Below are positions 8,203 through 18,316 of a stretch of DNA of 64,000 nt, piece after piece (position 1 is the stretch's first letter; every line of letters begins with the position of its first letter). The DNA lies in the NCBI GenBank assembly GCA_965223545.1, contig OZ245006.1, positions 2,560,001 through 2,624,000 of the forward strand, in the 5' to 3' direction. Position numbers and translations under genes: made by a program. Under the pieces are notes generated by a model. It was given only the letters and a program-made list of their open reading frames with translations. It did no database searches and was not told the origin of the DNA. Source of the DNA: Planctomycetota bacterium. Lineage in GTDB: Bacteria > Planctomycetota > UBA1135 > UBA2386.

Positions 8203-10767
8203 TCAGGGCTTCGGCTCGACTTCCACGAGGTAGAGGCTCGAGGGCTTGGTATAGAACTGGTACGTGCGGACCGAGGGATTGTTGGCACCACCGAGCTTGT
8301 AGGTGGTCTCTCCCCAGGTGCTCTTGACCTGCTGCTGCGCCGGCTGCAGGTGGGTCAGTCGGACGAGATACTCCGGTGCCGTGGGGAGCCCCATAGCGGC
8401 GAGATCGATCGTGACATCGACCAAATGGTCGACGGCAAAGGCGTTTGCCGCCGTCTCGTTGGGGGCGTCGTACGCAGACGCCGTCCGAAACAGGGGATTG
8501 CTACCGGCGCGGCTGAACGAGCGGAGCCCGACACTCAATTCAGCGAGTTGACTGACGGAAACCGAGAAGTCCAGCTCGCCGAGATCCTGGGTCGTGCCCC
8601 AATCCAACAGCACGATCGCGCCATGGGGCTTCGAGTTCTTGACGTAGCGGAATGCCGAGCCGTGCACGATCGGATCTGTCAGGTCAATCCTACGCCGGAC
8701 CTGGGTGTGGCGGTGATGCACCTCGCAACTCGGGGCGTTGATGGCCGGCATCGGCAGTAGGGTTCCGCCGAACGCCGGTGCGAGGTGACCATAGCCCCGC
8801 AAGTAGCTTTGGATCACGTCCTTCACCGGATTGGGCCCCGAGGCGAGGATCGGGTCGTGGCCCGAATCGAAGAAGAAGATCACGGGCAGGCCGCCGTCGG
8901 TCAACGACCGCAGCGTGTGCAGATCGAACAGCCAGTGCTCACCCCAATCCACGCGCGTGCCGAAGGTGAAGAGGACCTCGGGGTAGCGGATCACGTTCCC
9001 GTAGGTCATGCGAAACATCGGCGGACTCATCGGATCCTTGAACGACTCGCCGTCGGCCGAGTCGAACAGATCGAGTAGCGCCTCGGTGGGAACCTCCTCG
9101 TCGAGGACCACGTGCGGGTGAGCGCTGCGCACGGCAGCCAGACGCGAGCGCAGGCCATGGAGCTGGTCCGCGCGCACCGTCGGGTGATTGGTGCCGTGCG
9201 AGTGGTTCACGTCCGCGCAACGCAGCGACGGCGTGATGCCGTCCAAGTGTAATCCATTGAGGCCGACGCTCGGCGCCAAGGCGCCGTCGCGCACGTACTG
9301 CGTATAGATGTTGGCGATCCCGACGGCATCGAAGCACCCGGCAGCGTAGAACGGTGGTCTGTTCAGCAACGGGCTGCGTTGGCCGAGAGTATCCAGGAGC
9401 AAGTCCGCGGAGTTGAACAGCGGCCAGCTCGCGTTGGGGAACGACGGGATCGCGTAGCCCATCGCCAGGCCTCCCAAGCTCTTGGCCCAGCTGGTGAGCG
9501 CCGCGTATCCGGGCTTGATCGTGGCATAGTCGCTCGGGCCGTAGACCAATGGCGATGGCAGGGGCACCGGTCCCTCCCACTCCATCAGCCCATCGCTTTG
9601 GAAGTACAGCCCGGGTGACTGCCCGTTGACGTAGTAGTCGCCAAAGGGGCCGGGCTGCAACTTCTGCTTGATCAGGTCTTGGTATGCCCCAGACAAGTCT
9701 GCCTCGACCACGGTACCGCCAAACCGGGTCCATGGGCCGCGCGGCGCAAAAGCCAATGGCACCTGCCCGTAGAACTGCGGAATCGGGCTGGCGTTGCGCG
9801 CCAGCAGCGCCGGAGAGCTGGCCACCAGGTCGCGGTAGCGACCGATCATCCCGTACTCGTCTTGCCCGGGCGCGTCTTCGATCAACACGCTTCCGGACTG
9901 ATAGCTGTCGGCCAAGGTCCAAGGGGGGCTCAGCGACGGGTAGCGATCGGTGCGCATCCTCTCGGCCATCCAGAACTCGAGATCCCCGGCCGCGGTGCGC
10001 TCGACACTCATTTCGGCGGGCGCGAAGGCGCTCGCGACCGTGGTCCCGATGCCGTGGTCATCCCACACGAACAGCAGACCGTTCTCGGTGCCGGAAGCCG
10101 TGTTGTAGATGCCCCAGAACGACAAGTACCAGTCGCCCAGGTGCGCGTTCCGGTAGCGGAAGTCGTCCGATCGGCCGAACGGGTCCCGGACGATCTTGTC
10201 CCAGTAGGGCCACGTGCCGTACGAATCGGTCCGCGTCGGCCCGAGGCGAAATGCCGGAGTCACCGCAAAGTCGTCACTGCTGTTGGGACCGCTGGTGATC
10301 GTCACGTGCGGGACCTGAATCCGCTCGAGCTGCCAGTTCGAGATCACAGAACGGGACGTGAAGTCGACGAACACCTTGAGGCGCACTGGGAGAGGAGCGC
10401 TCTGCGGTAGCGGGCTGGTCGACTCGGGCCAGCTGGCCACGTACACGTCGAAGACCTTTTGGTCGGGCGTAGATGGCGTGAAATGCCACCAGCTACCGTT
10501 GGCCGGGACAGCCGACGTCGGCACCGGTACCTGCGATACCGGAATGGACGTGCCGGTCAAGGCCGCCGGCGCAAAGGCAGACACGGTTGCCAGCTCCCCC
10601 TCGGCCACGTCCTCGTTGCGGAACACGAGGCTCCACCAGGTCTCGGGCGGCGAGGTCGCGGACTGCTGCGCTTGGGCGTGGCGCAGCGAAAACGGCTGTG
10701 ACTGCGCGACAAGCGCGCCGACTGCGCAGAACAGCGTGCAGACGGATAGGGTTCGATGGAGGTTCAT
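8203..10767 (-). CDS. Secreted glycoside-hydrolase-like protein (DUF6259-like)
   Basis: Signal peptide from MNLHRT. Motifs GLNGLHLDG...CADVNHSHG and VVLDEEVPTE resemble DUF6259 TIM-barrel proteins. Confidence 0.6.
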   Translation of the reverse strand: MNLHRTLSVCTLFCAVGALVAQSQPFSLRHAQAQQSATSPPETWWSLVFRNEDVAEGELATVSAFAPAALTGTSIPVSQVPVPTSAVPANGSWWHFTPSTPDQKVFDVYVASWPESTSPLPQSAPLPVRLKVFVDFTSRSVISNWQLERIQVPHVTITSGPNSSDDFAVTPAFRLGPTRTDSYGTWPYWDKIVRDPFGRSDDFRYRNAHLGDWYLSFWGIYNTASGTENGLLFVWDDHGIGTTVASAFAPAEMSVERTAAGDLEFWMAERMRTDRYPSLSPPWTLADSYQSGSVLIEDAPGQDEYGMIGRYRDLVASSPALLARNASPIPQFYGQVPLAFAPRGPWTRFGGTVVEADLSGAYQDLIKQKLQPGPFGDYYVNGQSPGLYFQSDGLMEWEGPVPLPSPLVYGPSDYATIKPGYAALTSWAKSLGGLAMGYAIPSFPNASWPLFNSADLLLDTLGQRSPLLNRPPFYAAGCFDAVGIANIYTQYVRDGALAPSVGLNGLHLDGITPSLRCADVNHSHGTNHPTVRADQLHGLRSRLAAVRSAHPHVVLDEEVPTEALLDLFDSADGESFKDPMSPPMFRMTYGNVIRYPEVLFTFGTRVDWGEHWLFDLHTLRSLTDGGLPVIFFFDSGHDPILASGPNPVKDVIQSYLRGYGHLAPAFGGTLLPMPAINAPSCEVHHRHTQVRRRIDLTDPIVHGSAFRYVKNSKPHGAIVLLDWGTTQDLGELDFSVSVSQLAELSVGLRSFSRAGSNPLFRTASAYDAPNETAANAFAVDHLVDVTIDLAAMGLPTAPEYLVRLTHLQPAQQQVKSTWGETTYKLGGANNPSVRTYQFYTKPSSLYLVEVEPKP

Positions 10768-10811
10768 GGCACCAACGCTGAAAGGTCGTGGAGTTCGGGC
10801 GTGCCCCTCCA

Positions 10812-10847
10812 TGCGCTGGTGCGGCCCCGAAACGGAGCAGGAATCCG
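10812..10847 (-). promoter_or_regulatory. Putative ECF promoter CGGATTnnTGYTCCG-N17-CGC (target copy)
   Basis: Matches 16873-16908 in sequence and spacing; 45 nt upstream of the start at 10767. Confidence 0.55.
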
Positions 10848-10870
10848 CCCGCGGCGCCGGTCCGACGACC

Positions 10871-12085
10871 TCACTGCGTGAGGTTGACGACCAAGTCCGA
10901 TCGCGTCGGGACGCCGAACGCCGGCACCACCTGATCGCCCGCCGGAACCACCGTGACGTGGTCCGCAAAATCGAACATCACGCCGAAATCGGGCGCGGGT
11001 GGGCCGATGATCAGACCGAACAAGCCGAACGGTGTGGGGTCGGCAGTCTCCCGGGCGTACGTGGTCACGCCGTGACTGATCAGGTCGCTGCCAGCATTGT
11101 GCTTCAGGTTGCACTGCCAGGTTTCGTAGTCATGCAGCAGGACCTGGGAGTACACCGCCAGCCCTTGCGGGAACTCGCCGAACACACCGCCATGGAGGCC
11201 GAGCCAGAAGGTGCCCATGCCCGCTCCTTGGGCAAGACATCCGTTCTGCGGCTTCGTCGTCAGCGAGGTCGACGCGGGTCCGCATCGAGAATTGACGACC
11301 AACGACTGATCGGTCCGGTTACCGCACACATAGGCAGCAACGTCGGTAACGGTGGCGACCACTGCGTCGTGCTCGCCGTAGCACTGCTGTAGAACGAGAT
11401 CCGACTCCCGGATTGATTCATCCCAATACGGGCCGCTCGGGTACAGCGCGGCGTTGCCATGCGTCGCGGGTGTGGGAGCCATCAACGTGTAGTAGGTCCC
11501 AGGGTGGCTGGTATCCGGGCGCGCCGCGCCGTGATGGATGCAGCTGATGTGGTGCGTCAGGTCCAACCTAAAGCGCCACTCGACCTGTCCGCTGGGCAGC
11601 GGGCCGCAGTAGTAGTCGATGCTGCCGACGACGTGAACGACATCGTAGGTGGGCTCGCACGGTGGGACCGGACAGGTTCCGGACTGGCTATCGAACGTGA
11701 GGTCACCGTTGAGCAAGAATCGCCAGACCTGACCGGACTCGTACGTAAACGTGCGTGCGTACTTGGCGTACATGACGCCAGCGATCGAGTCCGCGCCGTT
11801 GATAGCGCTGACCGAGATCAAGAACTCGTCGCAGGAAGTCGCTGTCGGCGTCCCGACCGTGACATCGAGCGGGCACTGCGCGAGTTGCGTGCAGGAGCTG
11901 GGGTTGAACTGGCTGGCGAAGCTCGCGTGGCTCGCGAGAGCCGGGAAGGCCGGCAGGATCGGCGCGGGGTGCGTGCAGCACCCCACGTCGAGACCGTCAT
12001 CCGCAAGAGGTGGGCAGCTCTGCGCGGGAAGCGCGCCGGCGACCGTGAGCAGGAGAGGGAGGGGGAGAGCGAACCGGTGAATCAT
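10871..12085 (-). CDS. Secreted cysteine-rich hypothetical protein
   Basis: Signal peptide (LPA-Q), many Cys including GCC...LPAFP. Confidence 0.8.
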   Translation of the reverse strand: MIHRFALPLPLLLTVAGALPAQSCPPLADDGLDVGCCTHPAPILPAFPALASHASFASQFNPSSCTQLAQCPLDVTVGTPTATSCDEFLISVSAINGADSIAGVMYAKYARTFTYESGQVWRFLLNGDLTFDSQSGTCPVPPCEPTYDVVHVVGSIDYYCGPLPSGQVEWRFRLDLTHHISCIHHGAARPDTSHPGTYYTLMAPTPATHGNAALYPSGPYWDESIRESDLVLQQCYGEHDAVVATVTDVAAYVCGNRTDQSLVVNSRCGPASTSLTTKPQNGCLAQGAGMGTFWLGLHGGVFGEFPQGLAVYSQVLLHDYETWQCNLKHNAGSDLISHGVTTYARETADPTPFGLFGLIIGPPAPDFGVMFDFADHVTVVPAGDQVVPAFGVPTRSDLVVNLTQ

Positions 12086-12222
12086 GAAGGGTCCTCGGGG
12101 GTTGTGACGCCCGCCGCCGCTCGGCGACGCTGGCTACGCCGTCCAAGCGCGGAAGAACCTTCGTGACGGAACTCAAATCGCTCGCCGCATCGACGGCGAC
12201 GCCGCAATGCGCTCTGGGCTCG

Positions 12223-13626
12223 TCAGTGGCTGATCCCGACGACAGGGGTACTCTGCCCCGTGTTCGTGACGACCCAGACCGACATGTCGGCTCCCAGCGG
12301 TGCACCAGCGGGCCAGGAGAACTCATCGGTTTCCGCGGTTCCCGAGAGCGTCGCGGTGTGCATCAGTACGGGTTGGGTGGTCGGGTACTTCATGTAGTAG
12401 AACAGCGACGTCACGCCGAGAGGGACTTCGCTCACGCACACGGCCATGCGCGGCGGAGACACCGGGTCCACCGGCGTATGAACCAAGCCCGCGATCATTG
12501 TCGATGGGACCGCGACCGGAGCCTGCCGGCCAATGAACTTCGCGAAGTCGGGGACGCGCGGATCGATCGCGGCGATCGCGTCGATATGGACTTTCGGCAG
12601 GGGCTGAGTCCCTAGACCCAGCCGATCACGGATCGGCCGCACGATCGGAGGGATGGCCTCTTGCGGGATCTCGACTTGGAACTGAATCCTTGACGTGATC
12701 GATGACGGGGCGGACGCGCTCGCAAGCTCGCCGAACCACAGCGAAGTCGATCCGTGCTCGGCATATAGAACGTACTTCTGCCCGATATCAACCGCGAGCG
12801 CAGTGATTACCCCTCGATTGGGGTCGGCGGGGAGAAACACGCGAACCTGGTACGAGTTCGTTACTGCGTCCCATTCCGCCTCGAACACGGTACTGCCGTC
12901 CTCAACTCCCAAATTGTGCAGAGCTGCAAACGATGCCGCATCCGCATTGCTGTAGGTGAAGAAGAATCGCTTGAGATTCACAGCGGCATTCGGAAATACG
13001 TTCCATTCCGTGAGGGCCATCGCCGTGTAGGGGTCGAACGCGGTGATCTCCGCCCTCTTCCCGTTTGGATCGGCCAGATACATCGAAGTCGAGTCGACGA
13101 CCTTGATGACGCCATCGAGGAAAGGTTCAACGTCGTCGGCTTCGCTGTCCGGCCAGACGTACTGAAAGAGGTCTCCGCCAACACCGCCGCAGTTCTTCTC
13201 CGCGGCAAGAACGGACTCCGGCAAGATGCTTGCGCCTTCGGAAACCGAGAAGAGAAGCGCTGCCCATCCCGGAGTCGTTCCGGCGGTGGTTCCGACACCT
13301 TCGGACGTGCTCGCGATGTAGTCCATACCGGAGGAGAAGGACGTGACCGGGAACACGCCCCACGGAACAGAGCCCGGAGCCAACGGCGGGCGCCCTTGCT
13401 GGTTCCACAGTTGCCGCGGAGTCTCTTGCGACGACCGGAGGCCCGCGACCCTCAGGCGCCCTTCGGCGGCCGGCCAACCGTTCGCGGTCGCGGTATCGTC
13501 GTCGACGAACACGATGCCGGGGGCACCAATGAGGTGGCCCCCAGTCGGGGTCGGATCGCACTGGGCGACGGCCGCGGCCGCAAGGCAAAAGGGAGCAACG
13601 AACGGAGCGAGCTTCGGATGTAGCAT
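12223..13626 (-). CDS. Secreted hypothetical protein
   Basis: Signal peptide (AVA-Q); starts 11 nt after the kinase stop. Confidence 0.8.
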   Translation of the reverse strand: MLHPKLAPFVAPFCLAAAAVAQCDPTPTGGHLIGAPGIVFVDDDTATANGWPAAEGRLRVAGLRSSQETPRQLWNQQGRPPLAPGSVPWGVFPVTSFSSGMDYIASTSEGVGTTAGTTPGWAALLFSVSEGASILPESVLAAEKNCGGVGGDLFQYVWPDSEADDVEPFLDGVIKVVDSTSMYLADPNGKRAEITAFDPYTAMALTEWNVFPNAAVNLKRFFFTYSNADAASFAALHNLGVEDGSTVFEAEWDAVTNSYQVRVFLPADPNRGVITALAVDIGQKYVLYAEHGSTSLWFGELASASAPSSITSRIQFQVEIPQEAIPPIVRPIRDRLGLGTQPLPKVHIDAIAAIDPRVPDFAKFIGRQAPVAVPSTMIAGLVHTPVDPVSPPRMAVCVSEVPLGVTSLFYYMKYPTTQPVLMHTATLSGTAETDEFSWPAGAPLGADMSVWVVTNTGQSTPVVGISH

Positions 13627-13637
13627 CGGACGTGGAC

Positions 13638-16172
13638 CTACTTCTTGGGTGGCGGGGCAATCACGGGATCGGGCTCGTCCGCATCGGGATCCGACATCCG
13701 GATCCTGACTTGGTACTCGAGCCCCCGGAGAAACAGTCTCAGCGCCCGCACCGTGGTCGGCTTCGGTCGCTGTGGGAACATCAGATACAACCCGTCGAGG
13801 TAGCCTGGGGTGAACGGGTCGCGGGCGAGCTGCGTGAGCAGGGCCTCGACGAGCGCGTCGGGGTCACCGGAAACCACCCCCTGGCACACTGCGATGTTGG
13901 TGCGCAACAGATCGACGACGTGTGGCCCGCCGTCACAATGTTCGATCGCGGCCTCGCCGGACTCGATGCCGCGCCGGGCGTGCTCGACGGCTGCCGCGTC
14001 GTCTGCTTCGGTGCGGCTCCGCGTCAGGTGGCTCGCCCACGCTGCCTCATTGGTCAACAGCGCCGCGTGACCCCGCCACGAGCCGGACCCGGCCAAGCCC
14101 TTGGCAATCGCGTCGGCCTCTTCGAATCGCCCCTGCAGCGTGCGGAGATTGGCGTACGCCTGCAGGGTCTTCGGTGACTCCGGCCGAATGCGGCGAGCCG
14201 CCTCCAGATGGCGTTCGGCGAGCAGCAACCGTCCGGCCTGCAGCGCGATCTGGGCCAGGTTGTTGGAGATCTGCCAACTCTCGGGCGAGATCTCGTAGGC
14301 CTCGCGGAGCAGACCGACCGCCCCGCGCGCATTGCCGAGCTTGAGCTGGGTCGTGCCCGCGACGAACCGACCGATCGAGGTCGTCCTGCCGACGCGATTC
14401 TCGTAGTCGCGGGCATCGTCGTACAGCTCTTGCCACACCGCACCGGTCCCGTCTTCGTCGCGCGAGTACTGCAGCCTCACCAACAGCCGGAGTGCCGCTG
14501 CGAACCGGTCACCGGGGTCGAGCAGGCGCAGCGCTCCGCCGTAGTCGAACTGCCGCATCGCGTGGTAGCCCGCGACGTAGCGATCGGCGGCGGTCCGCGG
14601 CTTCGGCAGCGCGGAGAGGTCAAGAGCCTCCTCCGTCGCGGCGACCGCGGCATAGCGCGCCGCGAGCTCGGTCGTATAGGGGCTGCTCTGGGCCGCTGCC
14701 AGGGCGCGGATGTCGGCGGCCGCATCGTCTCGGTGACCGTGATCCCACGCGAACGCGGCACGCATCACGCGCGAGGCAGCATGGTCGGGCCGCGCTGCCA
14801 CCGCGCGATCGAGGCGGGCGGCGATCGCACGCCGTGCGCCGTCGCCGGCGACCCGGCGGACCCGCCCGAACCCCTGTGCCGGCGGCAGGGACGACAACGC
14901 CGACAGATGATCCTCGTCCAGCTGCTGCTCGCGCTGCCGCAGGTAGCCGGGGATCTGCCAAGCGGACACTGCAACCAACACGAGCAGCACAGAGACCTGC
15001 GCGGTGCGCGATTGGGACAGCCAGTCCCAACATCGGCGGACGGGACCGCGCCGTCGCACGGACACCGGAGCGTGCGCCAAGAACGCCTCGAGGTCGCGTC
15101 GCAAGGCCTCGGTGGACGGGTAGCGGTACGCCGGCGTCGCCCGCATCCCGTGCTCCAGGATCGCCACCAGATCGACCGGCAGACCGCGATGTAGACGGTC
15201 TGGGGCCGGCGGGCGCAGGCGCCGACGGCCCGACGATGTGGTCGGGTCGTCGTGGTTGCGCGGGGGACGACCGGTCAGAGCGTGGTAGAAGGTCGCGGTG
15301 AGCGAGTACACATCCACCCGCGCGAGATCCCGCGCGCGGCCGGTCTCTTGCTCCGGCGACATGTACTTCGGCGTCCCCACCACCGAGGTCCCGGTCGCGA
15401 CCGTTGCGTCGCCCTGGCGCGCCGCGATGCCGAAGTCGATGAGGGTCGCCCGGCCGCTCTGCTCGATGAACACGTTGGACGGCTTGACGTCGCGGTGAAA
15501 GACCCCGGCCGCATGGACCGCGCTCAGCCCGGCAGCGAGATCTGCAACCCAGCGGGCGGCCTGCCGAATGGTGCTGGTTTCGGTGCAGGAAATCTCGGGA
15601 AACGCCTCGCGCAACCAGCCGATCTCTCGCGCCCGATCCCACCCGCTCCGCTCCAGCTCGCGCTCGAGCTCGGTCAGGATCTCCGACAGCGGCGCACCCC
15701 GCAGCAACTCCATCACCAAGAAGCGGTGGTGCCCATCGCTCGCGCCGCGGTCGTACACCCGCACGACGTTGGGGTGCTCCAGGGCTGCGAGCGATTCGGC
15801 TTCGCGGTCGAACCTCTCCTCCGCCGCCCGCCCGCCGAACAGGTAGGGCTGCAGCAACTTGATCGCGACTTCGCGCTTGAGCGAGCTGTCCATGGCGCGG
15901 TAGACCGCGCCCATTGCCCCGGCCCCGATCTGCTCGATCAGCACGTAGCGGTCCGCCAACACGGTGCCGCGGAAGCCACCGGGCGGCGGTTCGCCTTCTC
16001 CCCAAGCGCGGAGCTGCAATCGATGCTCCAGGGCCTTCGCGACGATGCCGGCGACCTCGGGGGCATCGGCACACAGCGCCTCCAGATCCACGTCTTCACC
16101 CCGGTCGATGGCGTCGAGGGCCTGCTCGAGACGCTCCACAACGCGCCGTTCCAGTTCCCCCTTGCCACTCAT
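13638..16172 (-). CDS. Membrane Ser/Thr protein kinase with C-terminal TPR-like domain
   Basis: GAGAMG, VAIK, HRDVKPSN, DFG, GTPKYMSPE; TM segment; ATGA overlap with the sigma stop. Confidence 0.93.
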   Translation of the reverse strand: MSGKGELERRVVERLEQALDAIDRGEDVDLEALCADAPEVAGIVAKALEHRLQLRAWGEGEPPPGGFRGTVLADRYVLIEQIGAGAMGAVYRAMDSSLKREVAIKLLQPYLFGGRAAEERFDREAESLAALEHPNVVRVYDRGASDGHHRFLVMELLRGAPLSEILTELERELERSGWDRAREIGWLREAFPEISCTETSTIRQAARWVADLAAGLSAVHAAGVFHRDVKPSNVFIEQSGRATLIDFGIAARQGDATVATGTSVVGTPKYMSPEQETGRARDLARVDVYSLTATFYHALTGRPPRNHDDPTTSSGRRRLRPPAPDRLHRGLPVDLVAILEHGMRATPAYRYPSTEALRRDLEAFLAHAPVSVRRRGPVRRCWDWLSQSRTAQVSVLLVLVAVSAWQIPGYLRQREQQLDEDHLSALSSLPPAQGFGRVRRVAGDGARRAIAARLDRAVAARPDHAASRVMRAAFAWDHGHRDDAAADIRALAAAQSSPYTTELAARYAAVAATEEALDLSALPKPRTAADRYVAGYHAMRQFDYGGALRLLDPGDRFAAALRLLVRLQYSRDEDGTGAVWQELYDDARDYENRVGRTTSIGRFVAGTTQLKLGNARGAVGLLREAYEISPESWQISNNLAQIALQAGRLLLAERHLEAARRIRPESPKTLQAYANLRTLQGRFEEADAIAKGLAGSGSWRGHAALLTNEAAWASHLTRSRTEADDAAAVEHARRGIESGEAAIEHCDGGPHVVDLLRTNIAVCQGVVSGDPDALVEALLTQLARDPFTPGYLDGLYLMFPQRPKPTTVRALRLFLRGLEYQVRIRMSDPDADEPDPVIAPPPKK

Positions 16173-16855
16173 GACGTGATCCCCCGCTGCTGCAACACGA
16201 ACAGCAAGCGCGCCTCCGCCGTGCGCACCGCCTTCCGGGCGGCGTCCGCCTCCATGCCGAGCGCCGCCCCGATCTGCGGATAGGTCGACCTCAATCGAAA
16301 CCGGAGCTCGAGCAGCGCGCGGTCCCGGGAGCCGAGGCCCGCGAGCGCTTCTTGCACGACAGCCGTCTCCTCGCGAGACACTACACGCTCTACCGTACCA
16401 TTCGGATCCCCAGTGCCGATCTGCGCCACGTCCACGTCGCGCCCCGTCCGCCGACCATCGCGACGCTTGCTTTCGTGGAAGCGAATCGTGTCGATCAGCC
16501 GGTGCGTCACCGTCGCGGACACGAACCGCACGAAGTCGTCTTCGCTGTCCCCCTCGAACGAGTCGAGGTCGCGCAGCACGCCGTAGAACACTTCCTGGAC
16601 GACGTCCCCGGTACTCAACAGCGAAGCGAGCCAAGGCCGCGTGCGCCGCAGGTCGTAGCTCAGCCGGCGATGAACCGCATCCTGGACGCTCGGGTAGAAG
16701 CGGTCGACGAGATGGGATCGCGCGTAGTCATCGCCCTGCTGCGCAAGGACGACAAGATCGTGGATCGAGCGATGGTCGGAGGGCCCAGGGCCCGGTGGAC
16801 TCAGGTATGTCACGACGAGACTTGGAGCGTTGGGAACACGGGGAGTTCGTTCCAA
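16169..16855 (-). CDS. ECF sigma-70 factor, kinase-associated
   Basis: STGDVVQEV, FEGDSEDDFVRF, region 4 TYPQIGAALGMEADAARK. Start uncertain (16855 or 16813). Confidence 0.9.
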   Translation of the reverse strand: MERTPRVPNAPSLVVTYLSPPGPGPSDHRSIHDLVVLAQQGDDYARSHLVDRFYPSVQDAVHRRLSYDLRRTRPWLASLLSTGDVVQEVFYGVLRDLDSFEGDSEDDFVRFVSATVTHRLIDTIRFHESKRRDGRRTGRDVDVAQIGTGDPNGTVERVVSREETAVVQEALAGLGSRDRALLELRFRLRSTYPQIGAALGMEADAARKAVRTAEARLLFVLQQRGITS

Positions 16856-16872
16856 CGCTACCAGCGCGTCTC

Positions 16873-16908
16873 AGCGTCGTGCGGTTGTGGATCCGGAACA
16901 ATAATCCG
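16873..16908 (-). promoter_or_regulatory. Putative ECF promoter (autoregulatory copy)
   Basis: CGGATTATTGTTCCG-17nt-CGCT directly upstream of the sigma gene. Confidence 0.55.
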
Positions 16909-17201
16909 GGGAGGGGGGAGCGATTCTCGCTTGTCGCCGAGGGAACCAGCGCCGCGGAAGTTGTGCGCCGCACCCTGGGACAGGCAGCAGCCCAGAACTC
17001 CCGCGGGCAGAGCCATCGTCCACGATGACCCCAATCGCCACAACTCGCACACCTTCACGCACCGCGAACGTGCTGAACAAGCCGCCGAAGCACTAGCAGC
17101 CGGGCGGTTCACGGCGGGCGCGAGCTCAAGTGCGCCTTCGGTCCCGGGGGGTAGGAGAAGAGAGCGGTTCAGGGATCTACCAAACCAACCACGAGGACCA
17201 G

Positions 17202-17790
17202 ATGGGCAACGGGAGGCTCACGATGCATCGTCTACAAGATCTTGTCCGGCTCCACCTCCAAGGGCTGCCAGCCCGCGCAATCGCTCGGCTGCTACGGATG
17301 GGGCGCAACACGGTGTCGCGCTACTGCGAGGCGCTGAGGTCGGCCGAGCTATTCGATGGCCAGCCGGGTGACCTTCCGGACGTTGGGGCGCTGCGAGCAG
17401 CCGTGAGGCTCCACGCGCCGTCGCTGCCGGCGCCGCGGCAGCTGACGTCGATCGAGCCTGTACGTGTCAGCGCACGACACGCTCACCAAGCTCCGCGCCT
17501 CACGCGCCGACCAGAGCTACGACCGCTGCCTGGCGCGCTTCGCGACCCCGCACCTGCTGATCGTCGTTGACCTCGGCCTCCGTCCGCTCGAGAACGACGA
17601 GCCCATCGACCTCTACGAGGTGGTCCGTCAGCCCTACGAGCGCGACTGCGATGATCATCACCTCGAACCGGGCTCTGGAGGAGTGGCCGCCACTCTTCGT
17701 CGACGAGCTCCTCGCCAGCGCAGCGATGGACCGCGTCATGCACCACGCCCACGTCGCCGTCATCGAGAGGCGGTCGTTTCGACAGCCCAA
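17202..17790 (+). mobile_element. Internally deleted IS21-family remnant (istA 5' part fused to frameshifted istB 3' part)
   Basis: IstA-like HTH LVRLHLQG..ARAIARLLRMGRNTVSRY, then IstB motifs LLIVVDLG, IITSNRALEEW, AAMDRVMHH..SFR spread over two frames. Confidence 0.85.
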
Positions 17791-18316
17791 GAGCGCCTCA
17801 GGAGGCTCCACGCAGGCGGTCCTTGACAAGACAACGATTCCTGAGATGGGCAACTCACTGGACTTTCACCAATCGGACGATTATACCAACTATCTATTTT
17901 CAGTGCGCCCGGTGTGCCTGAGATATTGCTCAGAAACCACCGTTATCGACCGAGCCCCTTGACGACGAAGGCAGAGGCGCCGAGGCACAAGGATGGAAGA
18001 CTCTGTGGCGACGCGCAAGAGACGGCACTCACCTCGGCTCCTTGCACTCGCCGGCCGCGTCTTCGATACGAATGCAGAGTCGGATGCAAAAGTGCACCGC
18101 CCTCATCCTGGGAAAGGGGAGAGCGAGAGCACGGACTCGCAGCCAACCCTGTGGCGTAACGCATGATTTGACAACAACTGAATCACCAATAGCTGTTTCG
18201 TTCCTACCTTGCGGACTACGGCGGCAGCCTGAGAGTGTCGCGATCGGCAGGAAGGCGACCGCCTCGGGAACCATTTGCGCGGCTATTGCACACATCCCTG
18301 CACGGGAAGCGATACA

